The translations under genes and the position numbers were made by a program. Source: an uncultured Bacilli bacterium (GTDB taxonomy: Bacteria; Bacillota_I; Bacilli_A; RF39; UBA660). From it: a stretch of DNA of 48,612 bases. Within the stretch, counting starts at the first letter, position 1; each line of letters begins with the position of its first letter. Where the stretch lies: positions 1 through 48,612 of the forward strand of contig CALVQL010000001.1 in NCBI GenBank assembly GCA_944358235.1, given 5' to 3'. Below are positions 1 to 9,103 of the stretch, piece by piece. The notes under the pieces were generated by a model that worked only from the letters and a program-made list of their open reading frames with translations, did no database searches and was not told where the DNA came from.

Positions 1-361
1 CGACAAAATAGCGGAACTCCGATTCATTATTATAACCGATTACATTCTTTAAAAGTTTTTGGTACTTTTCATCATACCCAACGTTTCTTTGTGCAAGAGC
101 TAATATCGGTTTTTTTGATAAAACTGCATGCTTTAATTCCATATTAAATCCCATTGTCGGATTTGTAAGTTCGACGACAAATAAATCAGCTTTATCCATG
201 AGATCTTTGAAATAAATATCCTTATTTTCATCACTTTGAGGAAATATCAATTTATGTTGTGATAAATAATTACTTCGAAGAACTGGTAGATAAATGAGGT
301 CGTTATAATCTATTTTTTCCGAATGTACAAAATATATCGATAACTGATTGCTACTTGCCAT
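1..361 (-). CDS. hypothetical protein, N-terminal part only (gene runs off the left edge)
   Basis: ATG at 359-361 on the minus strand, preceded by GGTGA, and open to the window edge. Translates MASSNQLSIYFVHSEKIDYNDLIYLPVLRSNY... Absent from the ORF track because it is truncated. No family recognised with confidence. Confidence 0.5.
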   Translation of the reverse strand, partial: MASSNQLSIYFVHSEKIDYNDLIYLPVLRSNYLSQHKLIFPQSDENKDIYFKDLMDKADLFVVELTNPTMGFNMELKHAVLSKKPILALAQRNVGYDEKYQKLLKNVIGYNNESEFRYFV

Positions 362-435
362 AATATCACCAATTATATTATAACATATATTTGTTAATTT
401 GATAATCCTATGTTAAGATAAAACGGAAAAGAGGA

Positions 436-1551
436 ATGTCTATGGAAGTAATCGGTATTATAGCAGAATATAATCCATTTCATAATGGTCATTTATATCA
501 AATAAATGAGATAAAAAGGAAATACCCTGATGCAATAATTGTCGTCGTTTTAAATGGCTATTTTCTCGAGCGTGGTATAATTTCAATCGAATCTAAGGAA
601 GAAAAAACGCGTCTTGCTCTAAAATATGGAGCTAATATCGTAATCGAGCTACCAGTAGTTTTTGGAACGAATTCTGCTGATATCTTTGCTGATGCTGCCA
701 TTGAACTTTTAGATGCGATAAAATGTACAAGAGTAATATTCGGAAGTGAGTCGAATGATCTCGAAAAAATAAAAGATGCAGCGTCCATTCAATTACAGCC
801 GGCCTTTCATGATTCCTTAAAAGAACATATTAAGAGCGGCATTAACTATCCTACTGCAATTAATAAAGCTTTAAATCTTTCAATAAAAGAACCGAATGAC
901 ATCTTAGGCGTTTCTTATATAAAAGCTATTACTAAGATACAATCGAAAATAATACCTGAAACCATTAAGAGGACGAATAGTTATCACGATATAGAAAGTG
1001 ATACATCTATAGTATCAGCAGAAAACATTCGTAATAAAATAGCTAACAATCTTGATATTTCAAAGTATATTCCTGAAGGTAAAATTAATAAGATAGATAA
1101 AGATCTGTGGTTTTCACTTTTAAAATATCGAATCATTACGGATAGTAATCTCGATACTTATTTAACGGTCGATGAGGGAATTGAACATCGCTTAAAAAAA
1201 ATTATAATGGAAGTATCTTCACTTGATGAATTGGTTAGCAAACTGAAAACAAAAAGATACACCTATAATCGAATTATGCGAATGTTGTTCCATATTCTTA
1301 TCGGTTTAAAAAAGCAAGATAAAGAACTATTGATCCATAATGAATATTTAAGGTTATTAGGATTTGATGAAGATGGTCAAAAATATATCAATTCTCATAA
1401 AAAGATGTTTACTCTACCACTTATAACTAAATTTAGTACTTATGATTCTCTGCTAAAAGAATATGAACTTCGTGCTGCTAGCATCTATTCAATGCTTACG
1501 GGAGATGACGTTATAAAGTTCGAGCTACAAAATAGACCATTAACAAAATAA
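436..1551 (+). CDS. tmcAL: tRNA(Met) cytidine acetate ligase (YlbM/UPF0348 family nucleotidyltransferase)
   Basis: N-terminus VIGIIAEYNPFHNGHLYQI carries the HxGH nucleotidyltransferase motif. The following LNGYFLERGIISIESKEEKTRLALKYGANIVIELP block matches the B. subtilis YlbM/TmcAL layout as I recall it. Confidence 0.8.
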   Translation: MSMEVIGIIAEYNPFHNGHLYQINEIKRKYPDAIIVVVLNGYFLERGIISIESKEEKTRLALKYGANIVIELPVVFGTNSADIFADAAIELLDAIKCTRVIFGSESNDLEKIKDAASIQLQPAFHDSLKEHIKSGINYPTAINKALNLSIKEPNDILGVSYIKAITKIQSKIIPETIKRTNSYHDIESDTSIVSAENIRNKIANNLDISKYIPEGKINKIDKDLWFSLLKYRIITDSNLDTYLTVDEGIEHRLKKIIMEVSSLDELVSKLKTKRYTYNRIMRMLFHILIGLKKQDKELLIHNEYLRLLGFDEDGQKYINSHKKMFTLPLITKFSTYDSLLKEYELRAASIYSMLTGDDVIKFELQNRPLTK

Positions 1552-1578
1552 AGATGTGATATCACATCTTTTATTTTG
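1549..1578. terminator. bidirectional rho-independent terminator between convergent tmcAL and proS
   Basis: Perfect palindrome aagatgtgat/atcacatctt at 1551-1570, flanked by an A-run upstream and ttattttg downstream. Confidence 0.7.
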
Positions 1579-3262
1579 TCTCTTTTTCTATTAAATCACT
1601 AATATGGGAAATGATATTATCTGGTGAAACATCATAAACTTCAGAAGTCTTACGAATTTTTATCTCGAGTAAATCGTCATTAAATTTTTTTCCAACAGTT
1701 ATTCTAATTGGTATGCCGATTAAGTCCATATCGTTAAACTTTACTCCTGCTCGTTCATCACGGTCATCTAAAATAGTCGGAATTTTTCTTTTTTCCAGTT
1801 CATCATGAAGATTATTGGCATATGAAACAGCATTATCCGAATCATTAATTAACACTATTGCAACTTTATATGGTGCGATATTCATCGGAAGAATCATTCC
1901 GTGCTCGTCATTATTTTGTTCGATTATCGCCGCCAAAATTCTTCCTATACCAATTCCGTAACATCCCATCCAAACATACTTTTCAGTATTGTTTTCGTCT
2001 AAGTATATTAAATTTAATTTCTCCGAATACTTCGTTCCTAATTTAAAAGTATTACCGATTTCGATTCCTCTTTTAAAATATAAAGTACCTCCACATTTTG
2101 GACATATATCTCCTTCTACTGCATCAGTTATATTTCCAATTAAATCATACTCGAAATCTTCGGTATTAGCATTGATATAATGGTATCCTTCGCGATTTGC
2201 TCCAACGCAAAAGTTTTTCATGTGAAGAATTTCGCTATCTAAAACTTTTTTGGCATTTAAGGAAATCGGTCCAGTAAATCCAGGAACGGCATTACTAGAT
2301 GCAATAAGATCATCAGATGCAAAAGTTATTTCGCGAGCATTTAAAAGCTTGCAAGCCTTACTTTCGTTAAACGTTCTATCTCCTCTTAAGAAAAACACCA
2401 CTAGTTCTCCATCGACATTCATGAGCATCGCTTTTACAGTTTTAGAAGTTGGTATATTTAAATATGCTGCAACTTCTTCAATCGTCTTACTTTCTGGAGT
2501 TTTAACCAGTTCTAACGACTGTTTGTCTTCATTACAATCAGCAATTTGATAATTTGATACTTCTAAATTAGAAGCATAATCACAATGGTCGCATAAGACA
2601 AGATTATCTTCCCCAATATCGGTAACAGCTTGAAATTCCTCTGATAGACTTCCGCCCATAGCACCGGTATCGGCACGGACAATTTTATAATCAATTCCCA
2701 TACGATCAAAGATATTTATGTAAGCATCGTAAATCCTCTTATAAGAAATATCGAGAGATGCTTCATCTTTATCGAAGGAATAAGCATCTTTCATGAAGAA
2801 TTCCTTAACCCTAATAAGTCCAAATCTTGGGCGAGCTTCATCGCGAAATTTATCGCCAATCTGATAAAGAGTAAAAGGCATATGACGATAACTCCTAATC
2901 ATGCTTTTCGCAGCTATTGTAAATAATTCTTCGTGAGTTGGACCTAAGACCATGTCGCGATTAGCACGATCCTTTAACTTAAACATACTATCACCAAAAG
3001 CTTCTAATCTCCCACAAGAACCATAAACTTCGCTCGCAATTAAAGAGGGCATCAACATTTCTTGCGCTTCAGTTTTATCCATCTCTTCTCTAACGATCTG
3101 TTTAATATTATCGATAATACGGAGCCCAAGTGGTAAGAACATATAAATTCCCGTACTAGTCTTCTTGATCATTCCGCTTCTAACTAATAAACTTCCAGAT
3201 ATCGACTCTTCATCTTTGACATCTTCTCTTAACGTATAAAAAAAACTATTTTTTAATTTCAT
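1571..3262 (-). CDS. proS: proline--tRNA ligase (bacterial type with editing insertion)
   Basis: MKLKNSFFYTLREDVKDEESISGSLLVRSGMIKK... and GPTHEE, class II aaRS motifs, about 560 aa. I start at the ATG at 3260-3262 (GGAGTG 7 nt upstream). The ORF-track TTG start at 3280 lies inside the T-box terminator. Confidence 0.95.
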   Translation of the reverse strand: MKLKNSFFYTLREDVKDEESISGSLLVRSGMIKKTSTGIYMFLPLGLRIIDNIKQIVREEMDKTEAQEMLMPSLIASEVYGSCGRLEAFGDSMFKLKDRANRDMVLGPTHEELFTIAAKSMIRSYRHMPFTLYQIGDKFRDEARPRFGLIRVKEFFMKDAYSFDKDEASLDISYKRIYDAYINIFDRMGIDYKIVRADTGAMGGSLSEEFQAVTDIGEDNLVLCDHCDYASNLEVSNYQIADCNEDKQSLELVKTPESKTIEEVAAYLNIPTSKTVKAMLMNVDGELVVFFLRGDRTFNESKACKLLNAREITFASDDLIASSNAVPGFTGPISLNAKKVLDSEILHMKNFCVGANREGYHYINANTEDFEYDLIGNITDAVEGDICPKCGGTLYFKRGIEIGNTFKLGTKYSEKLNLIYLDENNTEKYVWMGCYGIGIGRILAAIIEQNNDEHGMILPMNIAPYKVAIVLINDSDNAVSYANNLHDELEKRKIPTILDDRDERAGVKFNDMDLIGIPIRITVGKKFNDDLLEIKIRKTSEVYDVSPDNIISHISDLIEKETK

Positions 3263-3278
3263 AATAAGCACTCCAATC

Positions 3279-3475
3279 AAAAAAGGATGATACCCAAGGA
3301 GTGCCTAGGGCACGGTACCATCCTTTTATTTTCTTAATTTTGATAATGGCAATAAGCCAGATGTATTTTACACATCTCTCAGAGGTAGGAATTATTTAGC
3401 CTTACCAATCTAGTTTCCACTATCCTAGAATCACTTTATGTAGATACTAAATAACATAGTCCTCATCATCGATTT
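3279..3475 (-). promoter_or_regulatory. T-box leader (tRNA-Pro sensing transcription attenuator) upstream of proS
   Basis: Read on the minus strand. GAUGAUGAGGA K-turn-like start. CUAGGAUAGUGGAAACUAG resembles the distal stem I of B. subtilis tyrS. Specifier-loop CCU (3387-3389) is followed by A. The T-box motif GGAUGGUACCGUG is at 3311-3323. Terminator GGAUGGUACC...GGGUAUCAUCC is followed by UUUUUU immediately before the proS RBS. Confidence 0.85.
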
Positions 3476-3486
3476 TAATCATAATT

Positions 3487-3738
3487 TTAAAACGAGTCAA
3501 TATTGACACTGACGCGATTTATTCCCATATTGTACGCAGCAGCTCGTATCAAGATACGCAAGGCATTAGCCATCTTACCATTGCGCCCAATAACGACTTT
3601 CATATCATCTTCGGGAACAAGTATTTCCAATTGGATTATCTCTTCATCTCCGAGAAACTCTTGGACTCTTACTAAATCCGGATCTTTCACTAAGGAACGA
3701 ACAAGATTTTCTGTAAAACTAATAAGTTCTTTATGCAT
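3487..3738 (-). CDS. khpA: KH-domain RNA-binding protein (YlqC/KhpA family)
   Basis: 83 aa, VIGRNGKMANALR GXXG-type KH motif, and the conserved position immediately downstream of rpsP. Confidence 0.85.
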   Translation of the reverse strand: MHKELISFTENLVRSLVKDPDLVRVQEFLGDEEIIQLEILVPEDDMKVVIGRNGKMANALRILIRAAAYNMGINRVSVNIDSF

Positions 3739-3740
3739 AA

Positions 3741-4016
3741 CTATTTTCCTTCTTTTTTATTACTTTTATATTTAGCCCATATTCCCGTTGTTGAAAGAAT
3801 ACTTTTTACAGTATCTGTCGGCTGTGCTCCATTATTGAGCCACTTTGTAATTTTTTCTTCATCAACTGTGATATTATTATCTTTCTTTGTCGGATCATAA
3901 GTTCCAACAATTTCGATAAATCTACCATCGCGAGGACTACGAGAATCAGCAGCAACAATTCTATAGAAAGGTTTTTGTTTAGCACCCATTCTCTTCAATC
4001 TCAATTTAACAGCCAT
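3741..4016 (-). CDS. rpsP: 30S ribosomal protein S16
   Basis: [35 protein letters not shown] is the canonical bS16 N-terminus. Confidence 0.97.
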   Translation of the reverse strand: MAVKLRLKRMGAKQKPFYRIVAADSRSPRDGRFIEIVGTYDPTKKDNNITVDEEKITKWLNNGAQPTDTVKSILSTTGIWAKYKSNKKEGK

Positions 4017-4042
4017 TAGTTACCCTCCTTTTTCTAACAATA

Positions 4043-4071
4043 ATATTATCATAGTCAGCATTTTATGTCAA
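4043..4071 (-). promoter_or_regulatory. sigma-A type promoter for rpsP-khpA
   Basis: Minus strand: TTGACA (4066-4071), 17-nt spacer, TAATAT (4043-4048), with a TG at the extended -10 position (TGaTAATAT). Confidence 0.6.
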
Positions 4072-4145
4072 CCTTTTTTGGTTAACATACTTCTCTATTA
4101 AACATTTTGCCTATTTTTGCATACATTAAATTGAGGAGTGGTCAT

Positions 4146-4664
4146 ATGGCATATTATAAAGAGATCGTTACTAAGGCGGTCATCGGCAAAGGAAAAAAGA
4201 CGACAAAAGAAGTTCAGACGATTAATACGACAGAAAATGTCAATAATGTTTTGGGTTGTTGGGTAATCAATCATTCGTTTAGTGGTGTAATAGACAATGG
4301 AACTATTATAGTTAATGGTTCTTATGATGTTAATGTTTGGTACTCTTATGACAACAATACCAAAACCAATGTCATGATACGTCGATTCACCTATAGCGAT
4401 ACTATGAATGTGAAGATTAAAGAGAATTCCAAGTTGACAAATACTAGTGAAATTATCGTTCGTTCATTATCACAACCTAGTGTAACTGATGTATCAAATA
4501 ATGGAAGTGAAATAACTTTAAATATCGAAAAACAAATGGGCGTTGAAGTTGTCGGAGATACGAAAGTCCGAGTATCGGTTGCGGATGATTATGATGATTA
4601 TGAGGAGATCATCGATGATAATGACATCGATGTATCTGATGTTACTGATGACTATTTAAATTAG
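4146..4664 (+). CDS. cotE: outer spore coat morphogenetic protein CotE
   Basis: MAYYKEIVTKAVIGKGKK...GCWVINH...YDVNVWYSYDNNTKTNV...VVGDTKVRV plus an acidic D/E tail parallels B. subtilis CotE (MSEYREIITKAVVAKGRK...INVWYSYADNTKTEV...VVGETKVVV, acidic C-terminus). Start set at ATG 4146 (GAGGAG RBS), not the track's TTG at 4107. Confidence 0.85.
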   Translation: MAYYKEIVTKAVIGKGKKTTKEVQTINTTENVNNVLGCWVINHSFSGVIDNGTIIVNGSYDVNVWYSYDNNTKTNVMIRRFTYSDTMNVKIKENSKLTNTSEIIVRSLSQPSVTDVSNNGSEITLNIEKQMGVEVVGDTKVRVSVADDYDDYEEIIDDNDIDVSDVTDDYLN

Positions 4665-4705
4665 TAAGTTGGAATATTCTTTGATATAATAATAAAGGTG
4701 ATGAT

Positions 4706-5071
4706 ATGAAAGATTGCATTTTTTGTAAAATTATTAGTGATAAAAGTCCTAGTTTGACAATATTTGAAGATGAAATTGTGAGAGTTTTCATGGATAAAAC
4801 TCCGGATAATAACGGACATATTTTAATAGTTCCCAAAAAGCATATCGTCGACTTTACAGAACTGGACGATAAAACAGCTGTTCACATTAATCATATTGTA
4901 AAAAAGCTTAAAACTATATTGGACGAGAAATTAAATCCGGAAGGATATCGCTTTATAAATAATTCCGGGGGAACTCATATCAAACATTATCATCTACATA
5001 TGGTTCCTTATTATATACCTAAGCAAAAGATAGAATCTCCCAAAACGATATATGAAAAAATAATGCATTAA
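4706..5071 (+). CDS. HIT (histidine triad) family nucleotide hydrolase
   Basis: CIFCKII near the N-terminus and the histidine triad HYHLHMVP. Confidence 0.85.
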   Translation: MKDCIFCKIISDKSPSLTIFEDEIVRVFMDKTPDNNGHILIVPKKHIVDFTELDDKTAVHINHIVKKLKTILDEKLNPEGYRFINNSGGTHIKHYHLHMVPYYIPKQKIESPKTIYEKIMH

Positions 5072-5101
5072 AAAAAGCTCAATCGAGCTTTATTTTTTTT
5101 T
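5072..5101. terminator. bidirectional terminator between the HIT gene and rpe
   Basis: aaaaaaagctc-aatc-gagcttt hairpin followed by a T9 run. Overlaps the rpe stop codon. Confidence 0.65.
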
Positions 5102-5725
5102 AAGCAAATCTATCTGATGTTGATAGTCATCACTCATACAGATAAAAGAACCCGCTACAGCAATATCAACACCATCTAATTTAGTTATCGATTCAGAATT
5201 AACACCACCATCAAAGCCAATCAAGAAATGATATTGATAACTATTACGTATCTTATCGAGTTCGACAATTTTCGATATCGTCTCATCGATAATAGCTTGA
5301 CCACCTTGTCCCGGATTTACTCCCATAATTAGAACATAATCTATAAAATTGAGATATGGTGTTATTCTGCTGATAGGTGTCATGGGGTTTATAGCTAATC
5401 CCGCTCTAATTCCGTGTTGATGTATAAGAGAAACAAGAGTTAATGTATCGACATTTATTTCACTATGAAAAGTAATGTACCTCGTATTTAAAGTTGCTAA
5501 CTTGGGAATATATTCAAGAGGATTTTCAACCATCAAGTGAATATCTAATGGTTTTGCAACATCTTGCAACAATTCACTAATTTCATCGATTGGCATACTC
5601 TTTGCTGGGACAAATACCCCATCCATGATATCAACATGTAAAAAGTCAGCATCAGTTTCCATAATAGATGAAATCGTCTCTTTAAGTGGTAATTTACTTT
5701 TCAAAAAACTAACAGATACTTTCAT
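5090..5725 (-). CDS. rpe: ribulose-phosphate 3-epimerase
   Basis: FLHVDIMDGVFVP, HLMV, GVNPGQGGQ and FDGGVN motifs. Conserved position after rsgA. Confidence 0.93.
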   Translation of the reverse strand: MKVSVSFLKSKLPLKETISSIMETDADFLHVDIMDGVFVPAKSMPIDEISELLQDVAKPLDIHLMVENPLEYIPKLATLNTRYITFHSEINVDTLTLVSLIHQHGIRAGLAINPMTPISRITPYLNFIDYVLIMGVNPGQGGQAIIDETISKIVELDKIRNSYQYHFLIGFDGGVNSESITKLDGVDIAVAGSFICMSDDYQHQIDLLKKK

Positions 5726-6546
5726 TAACTCACCATTTTCTTATAACTTTCATAGCGCGATGTCAAGATTTCACCATCACTCACTTGCTTTAATACCGCA
5801 CAATCACGTTCATTAATATGCATACAATCGCTAAAACGACAGCCAGAATTGTCAAATTCGGGAAAAGCAAAACGAATGTCTTTTTTATCGAATGAATCCA
5901 GATCAAATGCTGAAAAACCTGGTGTGTCAGCTATTAAAGCTTTATGACAAGAGAATAATTCGACATGACGAGTAGTATGTTTACCACGTCCTAAAGCTTC
6001 GCTTATATCGTCGGTAGCTAAATGTAATGATGAATCGAGTTTATTCATCAAAGTCGATTTTCCCACTCCTGTTTGCCCGCATAATACGACTGTTTTATTT
6101 TCAATCAGAGTAATTAATTCAGATATTTCTGTATTTAAAATTGCTTTTATTCCAATAGAATTATAATAAGTCATGATATCATTAATTTCCTTTTGTTCCG
6201 TCGCATCTAAAAGATCAAACTTAGAAAAACAAATTATCGGTGTAATATCATTCAAAATTATATTGGCAAGCATTTTATCGAGCAGAAAGGCCGAAAACGA
6301 AGGCCTTTTACAACTGCTTACGATTAATGCTAAATCGACATTAGCTATCATGGGACGAGAAAGCGCATTTTTTCGTGGCTTAATTTCGAGGATATATTTC
6401 ATATCCGCATCAAAGACGACATAATCGCCGACAAGTGGCGTTATGTTGTCGTTTTTAAACTTACCACGAGCACGACATTCATATGTCTGATTATCGCTTA
6501 AAACGGTATATAAATTACTAATTATTCTTATTATTCGTCCATTCAT
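5725..6546 (-). CDS. rsgA: ribosome small subunit-dependent GTPase A
   Basis: Circularly permuted GTPase: FSKFDL then GQTGVGKSTLMN, DTPGF, and a C-terminal Cys/His zinc cluster (CRFSDCMHINERDC). TAATG overlap with the rpe start. Confidence 0.92.
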   Translation of the reverse strand: MNGRIIRIISNLYTVLSDNQTYECRARGKFKNDNITPLVGDYVVFDADMKYILEIKPRKNALSRPMIANVDLALIVSSCKRPSFSAFLLDKMLANIILNDITPIICFSKFDLLDATEQKEINDIMTYYNSIGIKAILNTEISELITLIENKTVVLCGQTGVGKSTLMNKLDSSLHLATDDISEALGRGKHTTRHVELFSCHKALIADTPGFSAFDLDSFDKKDIRFAFPEFDNSGCRFSDCMHINERDCAVLKQVSDGEILTSRYESYKKMVS

Positions 6547-8360
6547 ACGCCATCATCAGTAACTAAAGAATCATCCATGCCAACATCGACGTCAGCATCA
6601 GTTCCTTCTTCTACAGCAACTTCTTCTGAAATATAAAGTCTTAATGTTTGACCATTCATGACATTCGATCCAGCTTCTTGACTTTGATCATATATAGTTC
6701 CGGCTGGATATTCATCGGTCTGATTATATACAGGTAGTAACGTTACCCCATATTTTTCACACCATGCTTCGATTTCACTCAATGAATAACTTCCATCAGT
6801 AAAGTCTGGATACGTCGTACTCATATCTGGAATGTAAAGAGTTATCGTATCTCCTTCGGTTAAACGCTCTCCAGCTGCCGGTTCGGTACTGAGAATTTCA
6901 TCGGCATTATGATTTCCATCATCTTCGACACGTTTAACGATGACGTATAGATTATACATTTTTTCTAAGACACCTTTTACTTCGAGATAGTTTTGTCCGA
7001 CGAGATCTTCTTCGACGACATAGCCATTTTCACCAGTAGATACAAACAAAGTTACTTCCGTACCTTCTTTTACGGTTTGCCCTGCTAATGGACTTGTCTT
7101 GGTAACATTACCTTCAGCAATTTCCGAAGATGCTTCTTCGCGATTTTCTGATGCAACGATGAGTCCATACTTTTCGATTTCCTTTTCGGCATCGACGATA
7201 CTCATATTAGTAACATCGGGGATCGTTACTTCTTTTACCTCGGTTATCTTAGGAATCAAGAATACTAAAGTCGTTACTATGACGACTAAGCCCGTAAAAA
7301 TCGCCGCAAGAATTATCAACAATTTATTTTCTTTTTTCTTTAAATCTTTTTCAGTTATCTTTGTCGCTTTAATTTCAACATCATCCTTTGCTTCTTCTTT
7401 TTTAGCATCCTTCTTTTTCGGTTTTTCTACAACTTTCTCCTTCGATTTCGATGCTGGAGGCGTCTCTACTTTTTTCTTCGCTCCATCTCCTTCATCTTCC
7501 GGATACTTAAAGACATATTTCGGTTCGTTTATTCGCGAGTCCAAAAGCGCTGTTTTCAAATCATCATGCATTTCCTTGGCATCTGCATAACGATTCTTCA
7601 CATTTTTAGCTGTCGCTTTCATGATAATATTTTCTATAGACTGAGGAATATTTGGCAACTTTTCCTTTATACTTGGAAAAGGCTCCTTGATATGCTTTAG
7701 AGCTATTTCAACAGCATTGTCTCCACGGAATGGTAATGTTCCCGTTAAAAGCTCATACATCAATATTCCCATCGAATAAACATCGCTTTGAATCGTAGCA
7801 CCTTTACCACTTGCTTGTTCTGGTGGTAAATAATGCACACTACCCATAACACTATTAGTTTGTGTCAATTGTGTCGAATTTAAAGCCATTGCTATACCAA
7901 AATCCGTGATTTTTATCAAACCGTTTTCCAGAATCATGATATTTTGTGGTTTAATATCACGATGGATAATGTAAGAATCATGTGCGGCTGACATTCCATC
8001 GGTAACTTGTAGCATAATATCGACAACTTCAGTTAAAGTAAGATTACCTCGCTTTTTGAGAAGTTGCTTGAGATGCTTACCTTCGATATATTCCATGACG
8101 ATATAGTATGATCCATTATCTTCGCCGACATCATATACTTCGACAATATTTGGATGAGAAAGACTCGAAGCACTTAAAGCCTCTCTTTGGAAACGGCGAA
8201 CGAATTTTTCATCAGTTGCTAAGTCTCCACGCAATACCTTTACTGCAACATTGCGGTCGAGTATCGTATCATAAGCCAGATAAACATTCGCCATTCCGCC
8301 TTCACCAATTGTCTTGATAATTTGATAGCGATCGTTAATTTTTTGTCCTTTCATTATCAT
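6543..8360 (-). CDS. prkC: Ser/Thr protein kinase with extracellular PASTA repeats
   Basis: Hanks kinase motifs (GEGGMANVYLA, VAVK, HRDIKPQN, DFG), a K/E-rich linker, one TM segment (LLIILAAIFTGLVVIVTTLVFLI), then a repeated PASTA-like extracellular region. Confidence 0.92.
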   Translation of the reverse strand: MIMKGQKINDRYQIIKTIGEGGMANVYLAYDTILDRNVAVKVLRGDLATDEKFVRRFQREALSASSLSHPNIVEVYDVGEDNGSYYIVMEYIEGKHLKQLLKKRGNLTLTEVVDIMLQVTDGMSAAHDSYIIHRDIKPQNIMILENGLIKITDFGIAMALNSTQLTQTNSVMGSVHYLPPEQASGKGATIQSDVYSMGILMYELLTGTLPFRGDNAVEIALKHIKEPFPSIKEKLPNIPQSIENIIMKATAKNVKNRYADAKEMHDDLKTALLDSRINEPKYVFKYPEDEGDGAKKKVETPPASKSKEKVVEKPKKKDAKKEEAKDDVEIKATKITEKDLKKKENKLLIILAAIFTGLVVIVTTLVFLIPKITEVKEVTIPDVTNMSIVDAEKEIEKYGLIVASENREEASSEIAEGNVTKTSPLAGQTVKEGTEVTLFVSTGENGYVVEEDLVGQNYLEVKGVLEKMYNLYVIVKRVEDDGNHNADEILSTEPAAGERLTEGDTITLYIPDMSTTYPDFTDGSYSLSEIEAWCEKYGVTLLPVYNQTDEYPAGTIYDQSQEAGSNVMNGQTLRLYISEEVAVEEGTDADVDVGMDDSLVTDDGV

Positions 8361-9103
8361 TATTTTTCACCACTTTCTTTGACCAAGTAAGCGATTGATA
8401 TATTATCTTGTCCCCCACGAACATTACATTTTTTTATCAATTTAATGAGCTTGTCTTCGACTGCTAATCCCTCCTCATTTAGAACTTTTTCGATTTGTTC
8501 TTTAGTGAGCATATTAGTAAGTCCGTCACTACAAAGCATTATAGCATCGACATTAGTGTCGACATCGAAGATATCAAGTTCACATTTATCTGTAGCGCCT
8601 AACGCTTTCATTAAGACATTTTTCTTAGGATGATTTAAGGCCTCGGATTCTGTCAAATCACCTGTCTCTACTAAGAAATTAACTAATGTGTGATCTTTAG
8701 TAATTTTTTTTAGCTTGCCATTCTTAAAGACAAATCCACTGGAATCCCCGATGTTTACAAACATCAAAAATTCTTTCGTTAAAAGAGCCATAACACAAGT
8801 TGTCCCTAATCCCATTGCTTCCGGATGTTCTTCAGAATACTTGATAATATTCGAATTTATTTCATTTATATTTTCACGCAACCAATTAACTGCGTCCAAC
8901 TTTGTTCCAATCGTCGAAAGCTCTTGAAAACGCTTGCCGATTTGGGTTACAACCATCGATGAAGCGACTTCTCCAGCTCGATGTCCACCCATTCCATCTG
9001 CAACGATCATGAGATGCTCACTAGTAGCATTTTTTACTATTGTCACCGAATCTTCATTATGACTTCTAACCCGACCTGAATCAGTAATATAAAACGATTT
9101 CAT
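8360..9103 (-). CDS. prpC: PP2C-family Ser/Thr phosphatase
   Basis: RSHNEDS, ADGMGGH and CSDGL motifs. Overlaps the prkC start and the rlmN stop. Confidence 0.92.
   Translation of the reverse strand: MKSFYITDSGRVRSHNEDSVTIVKNATSEHLMIVADGMGGHRAGEVASSMVVTQIGKRFQELSTIGTKLDAVNWLRENINEINSNIIKYSEEHPEAMGLGTTCVMALLTKEFLMFVNIGDSSGFVFKNGKLKKITKDHTLVNFLVETGDLTESEALNHPKKNVLMKALGATDKCELDIFDVDTNVDAIMLCSDGLTNMLTKEQIEKVLNEEGLAVEDKLIKLIKKCNVRGGQDNISIAYLVKESGEK

Noticed and set aside
558-2549. Short ORFs 558-788(-), 1858-2046(+), 1989-2180(+) and 2250-2549(+)
   Set aside because: All are antisense to tmcAL or proS, lack ribosome-binding sites, and have no recognisable motifs.
3263-3280. TTG start extending proS by six codons (MIGVLI)
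   Set aside because: The extension lies within the T-box terminator U-run and the RBS region. The ATG at 3260-3262 has a proper GGAGTG RBS.
4107-4145. TTG-extended start for cotE, and a sigma-E/K-like -10 (CATACATT at 4120-4127)
   Set aside because: B. subtilis CotE begins at the equivalent of MAYYKEI, and GAGGAG precedes ATG 4146. The CATACATT box would place the transcription start inside or after that RBS, so I do not call it a promoter.
7099-7590. 163-aa plus-strand ORF inside prkC
   Set aside because: It is antisense to the K/E-rich linker and TM region of the kinase. Its Ser/Phe-rich low-complexity translation is the mirror image of that region, and it has no RBS.
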